Part shown: one piece after another, positions 10,031-18,931 of the stretch | Position numbering within the stretch: the first letter of the stretch is position 1 | Layout of the letters: the number at the start of each line of letters is the position of its first letter | Assembly: GCA_033763315.1 (NCBI GenBank) | Contig: JANRKS010000007.1 | Span: forward strand, 64,001-128,000 | Source of the DNA: Deltaproteobacteria bacterium | GTDB taxonomy: Bacteria > Myxococcota_A > Polyangia > Fen-1088 | Direction of reading: 5' to 3' | DNA length: 64,000 nucleotides | Translations under genes and position numbers: made by a program | The notes under the pieces: model-generated | The model's database searches: none | What the model was told of the DNA's origin: nothing | What the model saw: only the letters and a program-made list of their open reading frames with translations

Positions 10031-11452
10031 CTACTGCACCCATTTGAGCTTCGTGAAGCTCATGCCTGACACCGCCGTTTCGATCGCTTTGGGATCGCCA
10101 ACCAAAACGATCTGAAGCGCGCCGTCGTCGAAATAACGTTCGGCTAGCAATTCAAATTCGGCCGAACGCAGAGCCGCCACGTGCTCGTGCAAGCCTGCGA
10201 TGTAATCGGTGGGCATGCCGACTTGGCCACGGAAAGCCAACGCAAGCGAGCGGCCCGCAATTGTAAAGTCATCGCGGTTCTCGTACCAAAGCAGCTGCGT
10301 GCTGATGGCAGCCAACCAATCGCTGCTGAACGACCGAATGCCTTGCACGGCCGCGTAGCTTGAAAGCAGTGCATTTACGGCGTCCTTGGTAAATTTTGCA
10401 TCAACGGCGGTGCTGGCGCCAAACAGCGCTGATTCGGCGTGAGCTTGATAAAACGGCATCACCCCGTAAGTCGCGCCTTCAAGCGTGCGCAATTGCGCGG
10501 ACGCCCTGCCTGAAGCAATCATATTGAGAACCTCAAGGACGGGGCGATCGACTTGAGCGGCGGGCAAACCTTTTCTGCCGACACGAACGATCGTCTGCGA
10601 CAGGCCTGGACGGGCAACACCGTAGACCATCGTTCGTTTTGGCGCTGAGGTGGCATCGAGGACGCCTCCAGCACGAACAGGCCCCGGCGTATCGCCGATG
10701 CCTTTCCACTTGCCCCACGCCTTTTGTAAAAGTGGCAATGCATCGCCCTCACCGATGCGGCCCGAAAGCACGATCGTCATACGCTCAGGCCGTACAACAT
10801 GGTGGTGCCAATCTTCCAGTACCGAGGGAGAAAGATGGGCCACGGTGGCGGGGGTTCCTTCAAGGGGCACGGCCAGCCTGTGTTGTTCGCCAAACACCAC
10901 CCGTTGCAGCACGTCCGTTGCGATGAGATCTGGATCTGCAGATCGCCATGACAAGCGAGACAACAACACGGCCCGTGGCATGTCAATCGCCGCGGCCCCA
11001 AACTCGGGCCGTTGCACAAACTCGGCTGCGACGGTGAAAAATGCCTCCAATCGATCCAGCAGCACGGTGGCCTGGATGACGAAGCCATCGGCCATAAGCT
11101 GCACTTGTGGAACACACGTGTCATCGAAAGCGCCGCCCAATTGCTTCCGGTCCAAACGCGCGCTTCGTTCGATCATGGTGTGAAGCATCAATGCTGTTTT
11201 GCCCGCGTCGGAGGCTGGCTCTTCCAACAAGCCGCCGTGGAAGGCCATCACCACTGACACCGCCGGGAGCGTTTGGTCTTGGCCAATGAACACCTTGGCA
11301 CCGTTTTGCAACGAGTGCTGCGTGAAGCGGGGCACAAACAGCTTTGGCTGCGGCTCGGCCACCAAAGGCGCGGTTTCTGAGTTGAATCCCGGCGCACCAC
11401 CAGTGGCACAAGCCCCCGCCGCGAGCGCCGTCATAAGTACAAACCGTCTCAT
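10031..11452 (-). CDS. M16 family peptidase subunit, probably non-catalytic, lipoprotein
   Basis: Lipobox LAAGAC, LQNGAKV, LRTLEGATYG; no HxxEH; ATGA overlap with upstream M16 gene. Confidence 0.8.
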   Translation of the reverse strand: MRRFVLMTALAAGACATGGAPGFNSETAPLVAEPQPKLFVPRFTQHSLQNGAKVFIGQDQTLPAVSVVMAFHGGLLEEPASDAGKTALMLHTMIERSARLDRKQLGGAFDDTCVPQVQLMADGFVIQATVLLDRLEAFFTVAAEFVQRPEFGAAAIDMPRAVLLSRLSWRSADPDLIATDVLQRVVFGEQHRLAVPLEGTPATVAHLSPSVLEDWHHHVVRPERMTIVLSGRIGEGDALPLLQKAWGKWKGIGDTPGPVRAGGVLDATSAPKRTMVYGVARPGLSQTIVRVGRKGLPAAQVDRPVLEVLNMIASGRASAQLRTLEGATYGVMPFYQAHAESALFGASTAVDAKFTKDAVNALLSSYAAVQGIRSFSSDWLAAISTQLLWYENRDDFTIAGRSLALAFRGQVGMPTDYIAGLHEHVAALRSAEFELLAERYFDDGALQIVLVGDPKAIETAVSGMSFTKLKWVQ

Positions 11453-12780
11453 TGTGAAGCCTTTGCCATGGTGACCGGCCGCGAGAACACGACCACGCGC
11501 TGGTCGAGCCGCAGGTAAGTCTCGATAAACTTGCGCATGGACGCGCCGGTGACAGCGGTGTAGCGGCTTCTTTGCAATGACACTGGATCTACGTCTCCTA
11601 CGTTTGCTGCCACGTCGATTAGTGCCTGGCCGCTCGAAAGCGTGCCTTCCATGCGTTCGAACGTGTCGCGTAGAAGGGCGCGCGTGGCGCGATCAAGGTC
11701 GCGGTCGGCTGGAGGTACGGCCTTGAAGCCGACGAGTCTGGCGTCGATGTCTTGCTTGAGTTCTTCAAGTGAAACGCCCTCCAAGGGCTCAGCCTCCAGG
11801 GTGAAAACCGAGCCGGCCGACGTACTCATCTGCTGCGCGTGTACCCAGGCGGCTTTGGTGCCTTCACCACGCAACCGCGACGCGCGCGCTTGTCCCAGCA
11901 TGACCGCCAGCAAGTCGGCTTCCGCATCGAATGGCTTAAAGAGCGCCGGCGTATGCCATGCCATCATGAGTAAAGGCCGCGGCGCCAGGGGATCCACATT
12001 TTCAATGAGCGTCTCCGCATGCAGCGTGGGATCTGGTAGCGCGGGCACGGGAGGCGTCGCTGCGGCGGCAAGCGAACCGAAGTAGGCATCAATCATCGCG
12101 CTGGCGGCGGGCTCTTGAAAATCACCAATCACAGCGATCCACGTGTTGCTTGGCACATACCACCGCTCAAAGAACTGCTTCACGTCGGCGAAGGTCAGAC
12201 TTGCGAGATCCCGTCCAGCTGCATCGACGAGCCCGCGAAACGGATGCGTCGCCGGGAACAGAGCCTCAAACATCTTCAGTTTGCTGGTGTGGTGAGGATG
12301 CGTTTCGCCACGATAGCGCCCTTCGTTTCGAACGATGGGTCGTTCCCATTCAACGTCGCTTGCGCTCCAGCGCATCGGCATCGCGGTCAACCGCCACCGT
12401 TCTTCCCACAACGCCGTTCGCAAGCGATAGGGCGGCTCCAGATGGTAGTACTGGGTGAAGTCGGGGTGGGTGCTTGCATTCTGACCATGCGAGGAATCGG
12501 CCGCCACGTTGATGGTGGTGATGGCTTCGGGCCGCGGGGGGCGGAAAGAAACGTGCTCAAGCAGATGCGCCAAACCAAATTTGCCGGGCGGCTCATGTCG
12601 CACGCCTGCGTAGTACCGGGCGATGACCGCAACCTGGGGATACCGGTGATCGGGCGCCAAAATTACGTGAACGCCATTCGGAAGCTGTTTGACCTGGAAG
12701 GCTCCTTTGGCATCGGTGGACGGAGCCCGAATCGCCATGAAGCCGAACAGAAGAACACTGAAAACGAAGATGCGCTGCAC
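11449..12780 (-). CDS. M16 family zinc peptidase (catalytic subunit)
   Basis: LPNGVHV, GLAHLLEH (HxxEH), NASTHPDFTQY, WYVPSN; start uncertain (GTG 12780 chosen). Confidence 0.88.
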   Translation of the reverse strand: MQRIFVFSVLLFGFMAIRAPSTDAKGAFQVKQLPNGVHVILAPDHRYPQVAVIARYYAGVRHEPPGKFGLAHLLEHVSFRPPRPEAITTINVAADSSHGQNASTHPDFTQYYHLEPPYRLRTALWEERWRLTAMPMRWSASDVEWERPIVRNEGRYRGETHPHHTSKLKMFEALFPATHPFRGLVDAAGRDLASLTFADVKQFFERWYVPSNTWIAVIGDFQEPAASAMIDAYFGSLAAAATPPVPALPDPTLHAETLIENVDPLAPRPLLMMAWHTPALFKPFDAEADLLAVMLGQARASRLRGEGTKAAWVHAQQMSTSAGSVFTLEAEPLEGVSLEELKQDIDARLVGFKAVPPADRDLDRATRALLRDTFERMEGTLSSGQALIDVAANVGDVDPVSLQRSRYTAVTGASMRKFIETYLRLDQRVVVFSRPVTMAKASQ

Positions 12781-12863
12781 GTGCGCATACTTGCAGATCG
12801 TTGCTGCGCGTCGCAACAACAATCATTGGACGAGTGGGCTAATCCGACGCGCTCACCTTGTCT

Positions 12864-13664
12864 TTAACCCCGCAGCAGGCGTGACCACTTGATCTTGGGG
12901 GGAAGAGCGCGAACTTCCCGTGTGGCGTCTTCGATGACGCGCGTGGCTTCGGCGGGATCGTCGGTGACGGTGAGCAGCTGCAGATCACCGGGGCTGATCA
13001 CCCCAGCCGGCACCATGTGGTTCTGCATGAAATCGAGCAGCGGTTGCCAAAACGCGACGCCCATCAACACCACGGGAAACGGCCGCATCTTCTTCGTTTG
13101 AATCAAGGTGAGCGCTTCGCTGAGTTCGTCCCAGGTGCCAAAGCCACCAGGCATCACCACGAACGCATGGCTGTACTTGACCAGCATCACCTTGCGCACG
13201 AAGAAGTATTTGAAGGTCACCACGGTATCAACGTAGGGATTCGAATACTGCTCCATGGGCAGCAAGATGTTGCACCCCACCGAAGGCGCCTTCGCGTCGC
13301 GTGCGCCGCGGTTGGCGGCTTCCATAATTCCTGGTCCGCCCCCCGTCATGATCGTGAGGCCGAGCTCGCCGACCTTGGCCGCCACCTGCCGCGCCATCTG
13401 GTAATACGGGTTGTCTTCCTTAAAGCGTGCCGAACCGAACACGGTCACGCACGGGCCAACGAAGTGCAGCGTGCGAAAGCCGCGAACGAATTCGGCGGCA
13501 ATGCGCACCACGCGGCGAAACTCTTCCCAACGGCGGCGTGGGCCATCAAGAAAGCGCAGGTTATCTTCAAGCACGCGCCATGGCAGGCTGCGCTTGGCGG
13601 GGGCGGGTGCGGCGGGAACAATTTGCTGGGTGAGGTTGTTCTCACCCTCGGACTTAGGTGTCAT
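12864..13664 (-). CDS. LOG-family nucleotide monophosphate nucleosidase (TIGR00730-like)
   Basis: VTVFGSAR, TGGGPGIMEAANRGA, FFVRKVMLVK, PGGFGTWDE. Confidence 0.92.
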   Translation of the reverse strand: MTPKSEGENNLTQQIVPAAPAPAKRSLPWRVLEDNLRFLDGPRRRWEEFRRVVRIAAEFVRGFRTLHFVGPCVTVFGSARFKEDNPYYQMARQVAAKVGELGLTIMTGGGPGIMEAANRGARDAKAPSVGCNILLPMEQYSNPYVDTVVTFKYFFVRKVMLVKYSHAFVVMPGGFGTWDELSEALTLIQTKKMRPFPVVLMGVAFWQPLLDFMQNHMVPAGVISPGDLQLLTVTDDPAEATRVIEDATREVRALPPKIKWSRLLRG

Positions 13665-13669
13665 AGGTG

Positions 13670-14965
13670 TTAAGCGCTGCGCGCGTCTACGCGGTCGATC
13701 TGCGCGCCTATGGCACGCAACCGCTCTTCTATACGTTCATACCCGCGATCGATTTGTTGTGCATTGTGAATGGTGCTTTTTCCATCGGCCACCAACGCGG
13801 CGATCAACAGCGCCATGCCCGCGCGAATGTCAGGGCTCGACACGACCTGCGGGTATAACTTTGATGGCCCCGTCACAACGGCGCGGTGGGGATCACACAC
13901 GATCACGCGCGCGCCCATCGAGATCAGGCGGTCCACCCAATAAAGGCGGCTCTCGTACATCCACTCGTGAATCAAAGTTGTGCCGCGGGCTTGCGTGGCC
14001 AACACCAAAGCGATGGACGTCAAATCCGCGGGAAAGCCAGGCCAAGGCGCGTCGTGAATGCGAGGCGGCGCGCCGTGCAAACCTTCCACCGCCACCAGTT
14101 CCTGATCGCGTGGCACGAAGATGTCATTGCCACGCACCTCCCAACGCACGCCCAGCTTCGCATAGGCGGAAGCGGTGGTGCGATGTTCCTCGGGCCGCGC
14201 GTTGCGAATCAAAAGATCCCCGCCCGTCACGGCCGCCAGCGCGATGAAGCTTCCCACTTCAAGATAGTCAGGACCCACCGCCGCCGTGGCCCCATGCAAC
14301 TTGGCGACGCCTTCGATCTGCAGCACGTTGGTGCCGATGCCTTCGATGCGGCCACCCATGGCCACGATCATGCGACAAAGATCTTGAACGTGGGGCTCTG
14401 AGGCCGCGTTGCGGACGATCGTGGTGCCTTTGGCAAGGCTCGCCGCCATGACCACGTTCTCGGTGGCCATGACGCTCATCTCTTCAAGAAAAATATCGGC
14501 GCCCACGAGGCCCTTGGGCGCGCGCATGACGTAACGATCAGGGCGCACCTCAACCTCCGCCCCGAGTTCGCGAAACGCATTGATGTGCGTGTCCACGGGG
14601 CGACGGCCAATCTTGTCACCGCCAGGCGCGGGCAGATCCACGTGGCCGAGACGCGCCAACAGAGGGCCGGCCAGCACGAAACTGGCGCGCATCTTCTGGC
14701 AAATTTCGGCCGAGGGGCTGGTCTTGCCGATCGTATGCGCCGTGACCGTCACCTCGCCTCTGTGCGGGGAGGCCACACTTGCGCCTAGATCCGCAAGCGC
14801 GTCGCGCATGGTGCGCGCGTCGCGGATCTCGGGCACGTTGGTGAGGGTCACCGGCTCATCCGACAACAACGTGGCTGCCAGCATGGGCAGCGCCGCGTTC
14901 TTGTTGCCAGCCACCGCGATTTCTCCAGACAGCCGCAGGCCGCCCTGAATAACAAACGTGTTCAC
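13670..14965 (-). CDS. murA: UDP-N-acetylglucosamine 1-carboxyvinyltransferase
   Basis: GNKNAALP, MRAS, PGGDKIGRRPVD, PWPGFPAD, SPDIRAG, IDRGYE. Confidence 0.95.
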   Translation of the reverse strand: MNTFVIQGGLRLSGEIAVAGNKNAALPMLAATLLSDEPVTLTNVPEIRDARTMRDALADLGASVASPHRGEVTVTAHTIGKTSPSAEICQKMRASFVLAGPLLARLGHVDLPAPGGDKIGRRPVDTHINAFRELGAEVEVRPDRYVMRAPKGLVGADIFLEEMSVMATENVVMAASLAKGTTIVRNAASEPHVQDLCRMIVAMGGRIEGIGTNVLQIEGVAKLHGATAAVGPDYLEVGSFIALAAVTGGDLLIRNARPEEHRTTASAYAKLGVRWEVRGNDIFVPRDQELVAVEGLHGAPPRIHDAPWPGFPADLTSIALVLATQARGTTLIHEWMYESRLYWVDRLISMGARVIVCDPHRAVVTGPSKLYPQVVSSPDIRAGMALLIAALVADGKSTIHNAQQIDRGYERIEERLRAIGAQIDRVDARSA

Positions 14966-15048
14966 AAGGCAATCTTATGCCAAGCAGACAGCGTTACAGA
15001 GAATCTTGTTGTGGCTGTGTATCGAATCCTGGAGCCACCCAAAAGGGG

Positions 15049-15798
15049 TCAAGCTGCAAGCAAGCCACCATCCACCGGGATCTCGGTACCCGTCACGTAG
15101 GCAGACGCATCAGAGGCCAAGAACAAGGCCACGCGCGCCACCTCTTCGGCGGAACCAAAACGCCGCAGCGGCACCTGCGAAGTCATATGCGCCGAGAATT
15201 GATCCAACGCTTCTTTGGGCATGCCAAGCTTATCGTAGATGGGTGTGGTGATCGGGCCTGGGCTAAGAGCATTCACTCGCACGCCGCGCGGTGCAAGTTC
15301 AACCGCCAGCGAGCGCAAAAGAGCAGACAGTGCGCCCTTGGTGGCTGAATAGACTGACGCGTTCGCGATTCCCTTCGCGTTCACGACGGAGGTGTTCAAC
15401 AGCACAGAAGCGTTCGGGCGCAACAGCGGCAAAACGCTTTGCAGTGTGAAGAGCACCCCCTTGACGTTGGTGTCCATCATGTCGTCGTAAAAAGCCTCGT
15501 CGAAGGCCTCAAGCGGAGCGAACCGGGCGACGCCGGCGTTAAGGAAAACAATGTCCACGCCACCATGGCTTTCGCGAATCGTGTTGGCCAGCTTCGCACC
15601 GTCTGCCACGCTGGCGGCGTTGGCTGCCAGCACGGTGATGCCGGCGGGCAAATCGCGCCGTGCCAGGGCCAAGGTGTCGGGGTTTCGGCCGGTAACGATG
15701 ACACGGGCGCCCTGTTCATGGAACAGCCGGGCCGCCGCTTGGCCGATGCCTGTGGTGCCACCAGTGATCAACGCAACTTTGCCTGCAAGTGTGGACAT
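15049..15798 (-). CDS. Short-chain dehydrogenase/reductase (SDR)
   Basis: TGGTTGIG, LNAG, YSATK, VRVNALSPGPI. Confidence 0.95.
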   Translation of the reverse strand: MSTLAGKVALITGGTTGIGQAAARLFHEQGARVIVTGRNPDTLALARRDLPAGITVLAANAASVADGAKLANTIRESHGGVDIVFLNAGVARFAPLEAFDEAFYDDMMDTNVKGVLFTLQSVLPLLRPNASVLLNTSVVNAKGIANASVYSATKGALSALLRSLAVELAPRGVRVNALSPGPITTPIYDKLGMPKEALDQFSAHMTSQVPLRRFGSAEEVARVALFLASDASAYVTGTEIPVDGGLLAA

Positions 15799-15841
15799 GG
15801 GTCTGTCTCCCTCTTTGACGATTTAGGGGGGGCCAGAACAG

Positions 15842-15863
15842 TTCTGGACCATTCGTTCCAGAA
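15842..15863. promoter_or_regulatory. Probable TetR operator upstream of the SDR gene
   Basis: Near-perfect palindrome TTCTGGACC-ATTC-GTTCCAGAA; related site upstream of the TetR gene. Confidence 0.7.
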
Positions 15864-15905
15864 TAGATGCGCGAGCGTCCACGGGGTTTCAAAGAAAAGT
15901 GACGG

Positions 15906-16484
15906 TTACCCCAAAACTGAAAGAGTCAGGTCGGCCACTTGTTCCAAGGTGCGCCTGTCGGAGCCCGACTTGGCAGAGATCTGTAAGCCATTGACCGCGT
16001 TCACAAAGAACTTCGCGAGCGCTTGGGGCACGTGGTGAGCGGCGATCTCACCCTCCCGGCGGGCGCGTTCGAATCGAGCGGTCAAGGCCTTCTCCATAAC
16101 CTCCGTGTTGGCGGCAAACCGCCGTTGCACCCCGCGATCGAGAGGGCAGCGTTCAGCCGCAGCGCTGAGCAGCATGCAGCTACGTGAGGGATCGTCGACG
16201 GTGAACTCGATGATCCGGGCCAACATCTCCCGCAATTGTTTGCGCACGGGCTGATCACCGAGCACGGCTTTTTCAACCTGATCGCCGTATTTTTGAACGT
16301 AACGATCCAGCGCGGCCAAGTACAACGCGTGCTTGTCGCCAAACGTGTCGTACATACTTTGCCGGCCAATGCCCGTGGCATTTATCAGATCGCCGACCGA
16401 CGTCGCTTCATAGCCGCGGGTCCAGAACACCTGCATGGCGGCGTCTAGAGCCTTGTCGCGATCGAACTCCTTGGGCCGGGCCAC
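15906..16484 (-). CDS. TetR/AcrR family regulator (NemR/ComR-like)
   Basis: MARPKEFDRDKALDAAMQVFWTRGYEATS..GIGRQSMYDTFGDK HTH. Confidence 0.95.
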   Translation of the reverse strand: MARPKEFDRDKALDAAMQVFWTRGYEATSVGDLINATGIGRQSMYDTFGDKHALYLAALDRYVQKYGDQVEKAVLGDQPVRKQLREMLARIIEFTVDDPSRSCMLLSAAAERCPLDRGVQRRFAANTEVMEKALTARFERARREGEIAAHHVPQALAKFFVNAVNGLQISAKSGSDRRTLEQVADLTLSVLG

Positions 16485-16502
16485 ACCGCAAGTCTGCCAT
16501 TA

Positions 16503-16520
16503 ATAGAACGGCTGTTCCAT
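16503..16520. promoter_or_regulatory. Probable TetR autoregulatory operator
   Basis: ATAGAACGGCTGTTCCAT imperfect palindrome (GAAC-N4-GTTC core) about 19 nt before the TetR start. Confidence 0.6.
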
Positions 16521-16537
16521 AATTGGCGGCGGCGTTA

Positions 16538-17116
16538 TCACATCTTCGTGATCGAGCTTAGGTACCAGCGGCCGGTGGGATCGATTATCACCCCGGCGAT
16601 GTCGAAGGGGCCCGTAGAGGGCACGTACGTGATGTTGAGCAGGCGCTTGCCCGCGTCCTCAAACTCGATGACGGTGACGTTGTTCTTCGTGTTGCGGGTG
16701 ATCTTCTTTGCGTGCATGGCCCACGTGAAGACCTGGGCGGCGCCCTTCGTGGAAGCGCTGAAGGTCCCGTTGGCGTTGATGCTGAACGTGTACGGTTGGC
16801 CGTCGTCGAACAAGGTGGCACCAGCGCCCGAAACGTTTGCGGCCTTCGCGGCGTAGTTGCCCGCGATCTCCGCAAACGCCACCGTCGGCTCCACCGAAAC
16901 GGTGGGCTGGGCATCGGCTGGCGGTCCGTCGCCCGCAAGCGGCGTGTCAGTTGTTGCGGCATCCAGTTTGGCTGTGTCCCCCGGGAGAACTCCGACGTCA
17001 GCCGCGGCGTCGACGGCGGCGTCCGAAAGTCCACCGCCTGTGTCTGCTCCACAAGCCATCAGACCCAAGGCCAGAAGAAGACAACCAGGCGAAGCGTGTA
17101 AGTGTCGGCGTGACAT
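16538..17116 (-). CDS. Hypothetical lipoprotein
   Basis: LALGLMAC lipobox, Asp/Ala-rich linker, beta-rich C-terminal domain. Confidence 0.7.
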   Translation of the reverse strand: MSRRHLHASPGCLLLALGLMACGADTGGGLSDAAVDAAADVGVLPGDTAKLDAATTDTPLAGDGPPADAQPTVSVEPTVAFAEIAGNYAAKAANVSGAGATLFDDGQPYTFSINANGTFSASTKGAAQVFTWAMHAKKITRNTKNNVTVIEFEDAGKRLLNITYVPSTGPFDIAGVIIDPTGRWYLSSITKM

Positions 17117-17360
17117 GCGGTCTCCCAAGGTGAGGCGGCGAAAAGGTCCGTGCCCCTCTTCGGCAGCTTGGCGTGCGGCATTGAGCGGCAGCCTGCGTGT
17201 GCGACGAGTCGTCCAGACACGCTGACTATGCCACCGATTTGCATGCGAGCCGTATCGGCCGACGGCGTGAATCGTTTGATCGATAACGCAATCGGTGCGC
17301 GGCGTCTTTCAAGAGGAATGTCGCTTATGCCGATGGTTCGTTGTCCACCTTTTGGAGGAA

Positions 17361-18566
17361 ATGATGAAATCCGCCGCCCTCGTTCAACGCTTCTGTTTGT
17401 TCGCTCTCATAGGGTTTTCAGGGGGCCATATGGCCAGCTGTTCGACGAGCGCGTCGGGGGTGGCCACCGAAGACGGAACGGACGCCAGCGGATTGGCGGG
17501 CGGCGCGTCGGGTGGCAACGGTGATGGAGCAGCGAACAACGGCGGCACAGGAGCGGGCGTGGGCACAGACGGCGATGGCGGCGTCGTTGATCCAACCGGA
17601 GACGGCGGCACCATAGACCCAACCATTGATGCGCCCGTGAACATGGGTGGCGGCACGGGCGCCGGCGGTTCGGGCGGAGGCGGATCTGCCACGGGTGGCG
17701 CCAATGGCGGCGGCGGCACAGGCGCCGGAACAGGTGGCGCGGGCGGCACATTCAAATGCACACCGGGGTCGAGCCAATGCACCGATTGCATCGACAACGA
17801 CAAGGATGGCCTCACCGACGCGTGGGATCACGAGTGCACCGGCCCCTTGGACAATGACGAAGCCACGTTCGGCACCGGCATTCCTGGCGACAACCAAGAC
17901 GACCTCAAGTCGTGCAAGCAAGACTGCTTCTTTGATGGCAACTCGGGTTCGGGCGGCGGCGATTGTCAGAACAACTTGCGCTGTGATCCCTTGCGAACCG
18001 GGGCTGCATGCACCTACGACGCCAATGCCAACTGCCCGACGGTGGGCGATCAGCAAGGTTCAAGCTGCGTGAACATCTGCAAAAAGCTGACGCCGAACGG
18101 GTGTGACTGCTTTGGCTGCTGCCAAGTGCCAGGCGCCGCGCACGGCGTTCGGCTGTCTGATACGTGCACGGCGGCCAACGTGAATGATCCGACGAAGTGC
18201 GAACCCTGCACCGTCTCCACGGTGTGCAACAACACGTGCGGCGAATGCGAGTTGTGCTTCGGCAAAGATAGCTTGCCGCCTTCATGCTTCCCTAACATGT
18301 CGGGCACAGGTGGCGCGTCGGGAAGTGGTGGGGCATCGGGAAGTGGTGGTGGATCTGGCAGCGGTGGGGCTTCGGGCAGCGGTGGCGGCGCTGGAACAGG
18401 CGGCGCCGCGGGTACCGGCGGTAGCTCGGGCACGGGTGGCACATACGTTCCGCCGCCCTCATGCCCCACGGGCATCACACCCTGTGGCCCGGGCGGTGTT
18501 TCGCCGGAACAATGCCCAGCAAACACGTATTGCATCACGGGTTGCTGCATCGGCTTCGTGAACTAA
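17361..18566 (+). CDS. Gly-rich, Cys-rich extracellular lipoprotein with Ca-binding-like DNDxDG motif
   Basis: GGAGG RBS, MASC lipobox, Gly/Ser/Thr linkers, CTDCIDNDKDGLTD and many paired Cys. Confidence 0.8.
   Translation: MMKSAALVQRFCLFALIGFSGGHMASCSTSASGVATEDGTDASGLAGGASGGNGDGAANNGGTGAGVGTDGDGGVVDPTGDGGTIDPTIDAPVNMGGGTGAGGSGGGGSATGGANGGGGTGAGTGGAGGTFKCTPGSSQCTDCIDNDKDGLTDAWDHECTGPLDNDEATFGTGIPGDNQDDLKSCKQDCFFDGNSGSGGGDCQNNLRCDPLRTGAACTYDANANCPTVGDQQGSSCVNICKKLTPNGCDCFGCCQVPGAAHGVRLSDTCTAANVNDPTKCEPCTVSTVCNNTCGECELCFGKDSLPPSCFPNMSGTGGASGSGGASGSGGGSGSGGASGSGGGAGTGGAAGTGGSSGTGGTYVPPPSCPTGITPCGPGGVSPEQCPANTYCITGCCIGFVN
18301..18440 (+). repeat. In-frame degenerate 18-nt tandem repeat encoding (GGxxGS/T)n linker
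   Basis: GGTGGCGCGTCGGGAAGT / GGTGGGGCATCGGGAAGT / GGTGGTGGATCTGGCAGC ... Confidence 0.75.
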
Positions 18567-18617
18567 GGCACCGAGGCGTACGAAAGCCAGGGGCGGTCGC
18601 TGTGGACGCCCAAGGTT

Positions 18618-18647
18618 AAGGGGATGGGAGTGAATCCATCCCCTTTT
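18618..18647 (+). terminator. Intrinsic terminator after the Cys-rich lipoprotein gene
   Basis: AAGGGGATGG-N8-CCATCCCCTT stem followed by T-rich tail. Confidence 0.8.
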
Positions 18648-18804
18648 GCTTTGCCAGGCTCGGCCAGGCTCTACCCCCTGGCCATGCGCCCCCTCTAAAC
18701 GCGCGCCGTTTACCAGCGTGAAGCGCGTGTCCAGCCCATTGAGACGGCAATCGCTTGAGCGGAAGCCCAGGCTGCACAGGCGGCTCCCGCCAATGTCGCC
18801 AAAT

Positions 18805-18925
18805 GCGAGGTCCCGCCATCGGCAGATGGCTCGCTTGTTCCGTACCAAAGAGGCGCCCCCGCCATCGGCAGGCGCCTCGTTTTTCCGCATCTAGCGGTCC
18901 CCACCATCAGCAGGGGCGCTTTTCT
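18805..18925. repeat. Three tandem hairpins with conserved core CCCRCCATCRGCAG
   Basis: Cores at 18812, 18858 and 18900, each inside a different outer stem (GCGAG..CTCGC; GAGGCGCC..GGCGCCTC; AGCG..CGCT). Confidence 0.8.
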
Positions 18926-18931
18926 TGGCAC

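Noticed and set aside
18805-18925. Mini-CRISPR interpretation of the three repeats
   Set aside because: Conserved core is only 14 nt, the intervening sequence forms the stems, and no cas genes are present in the window
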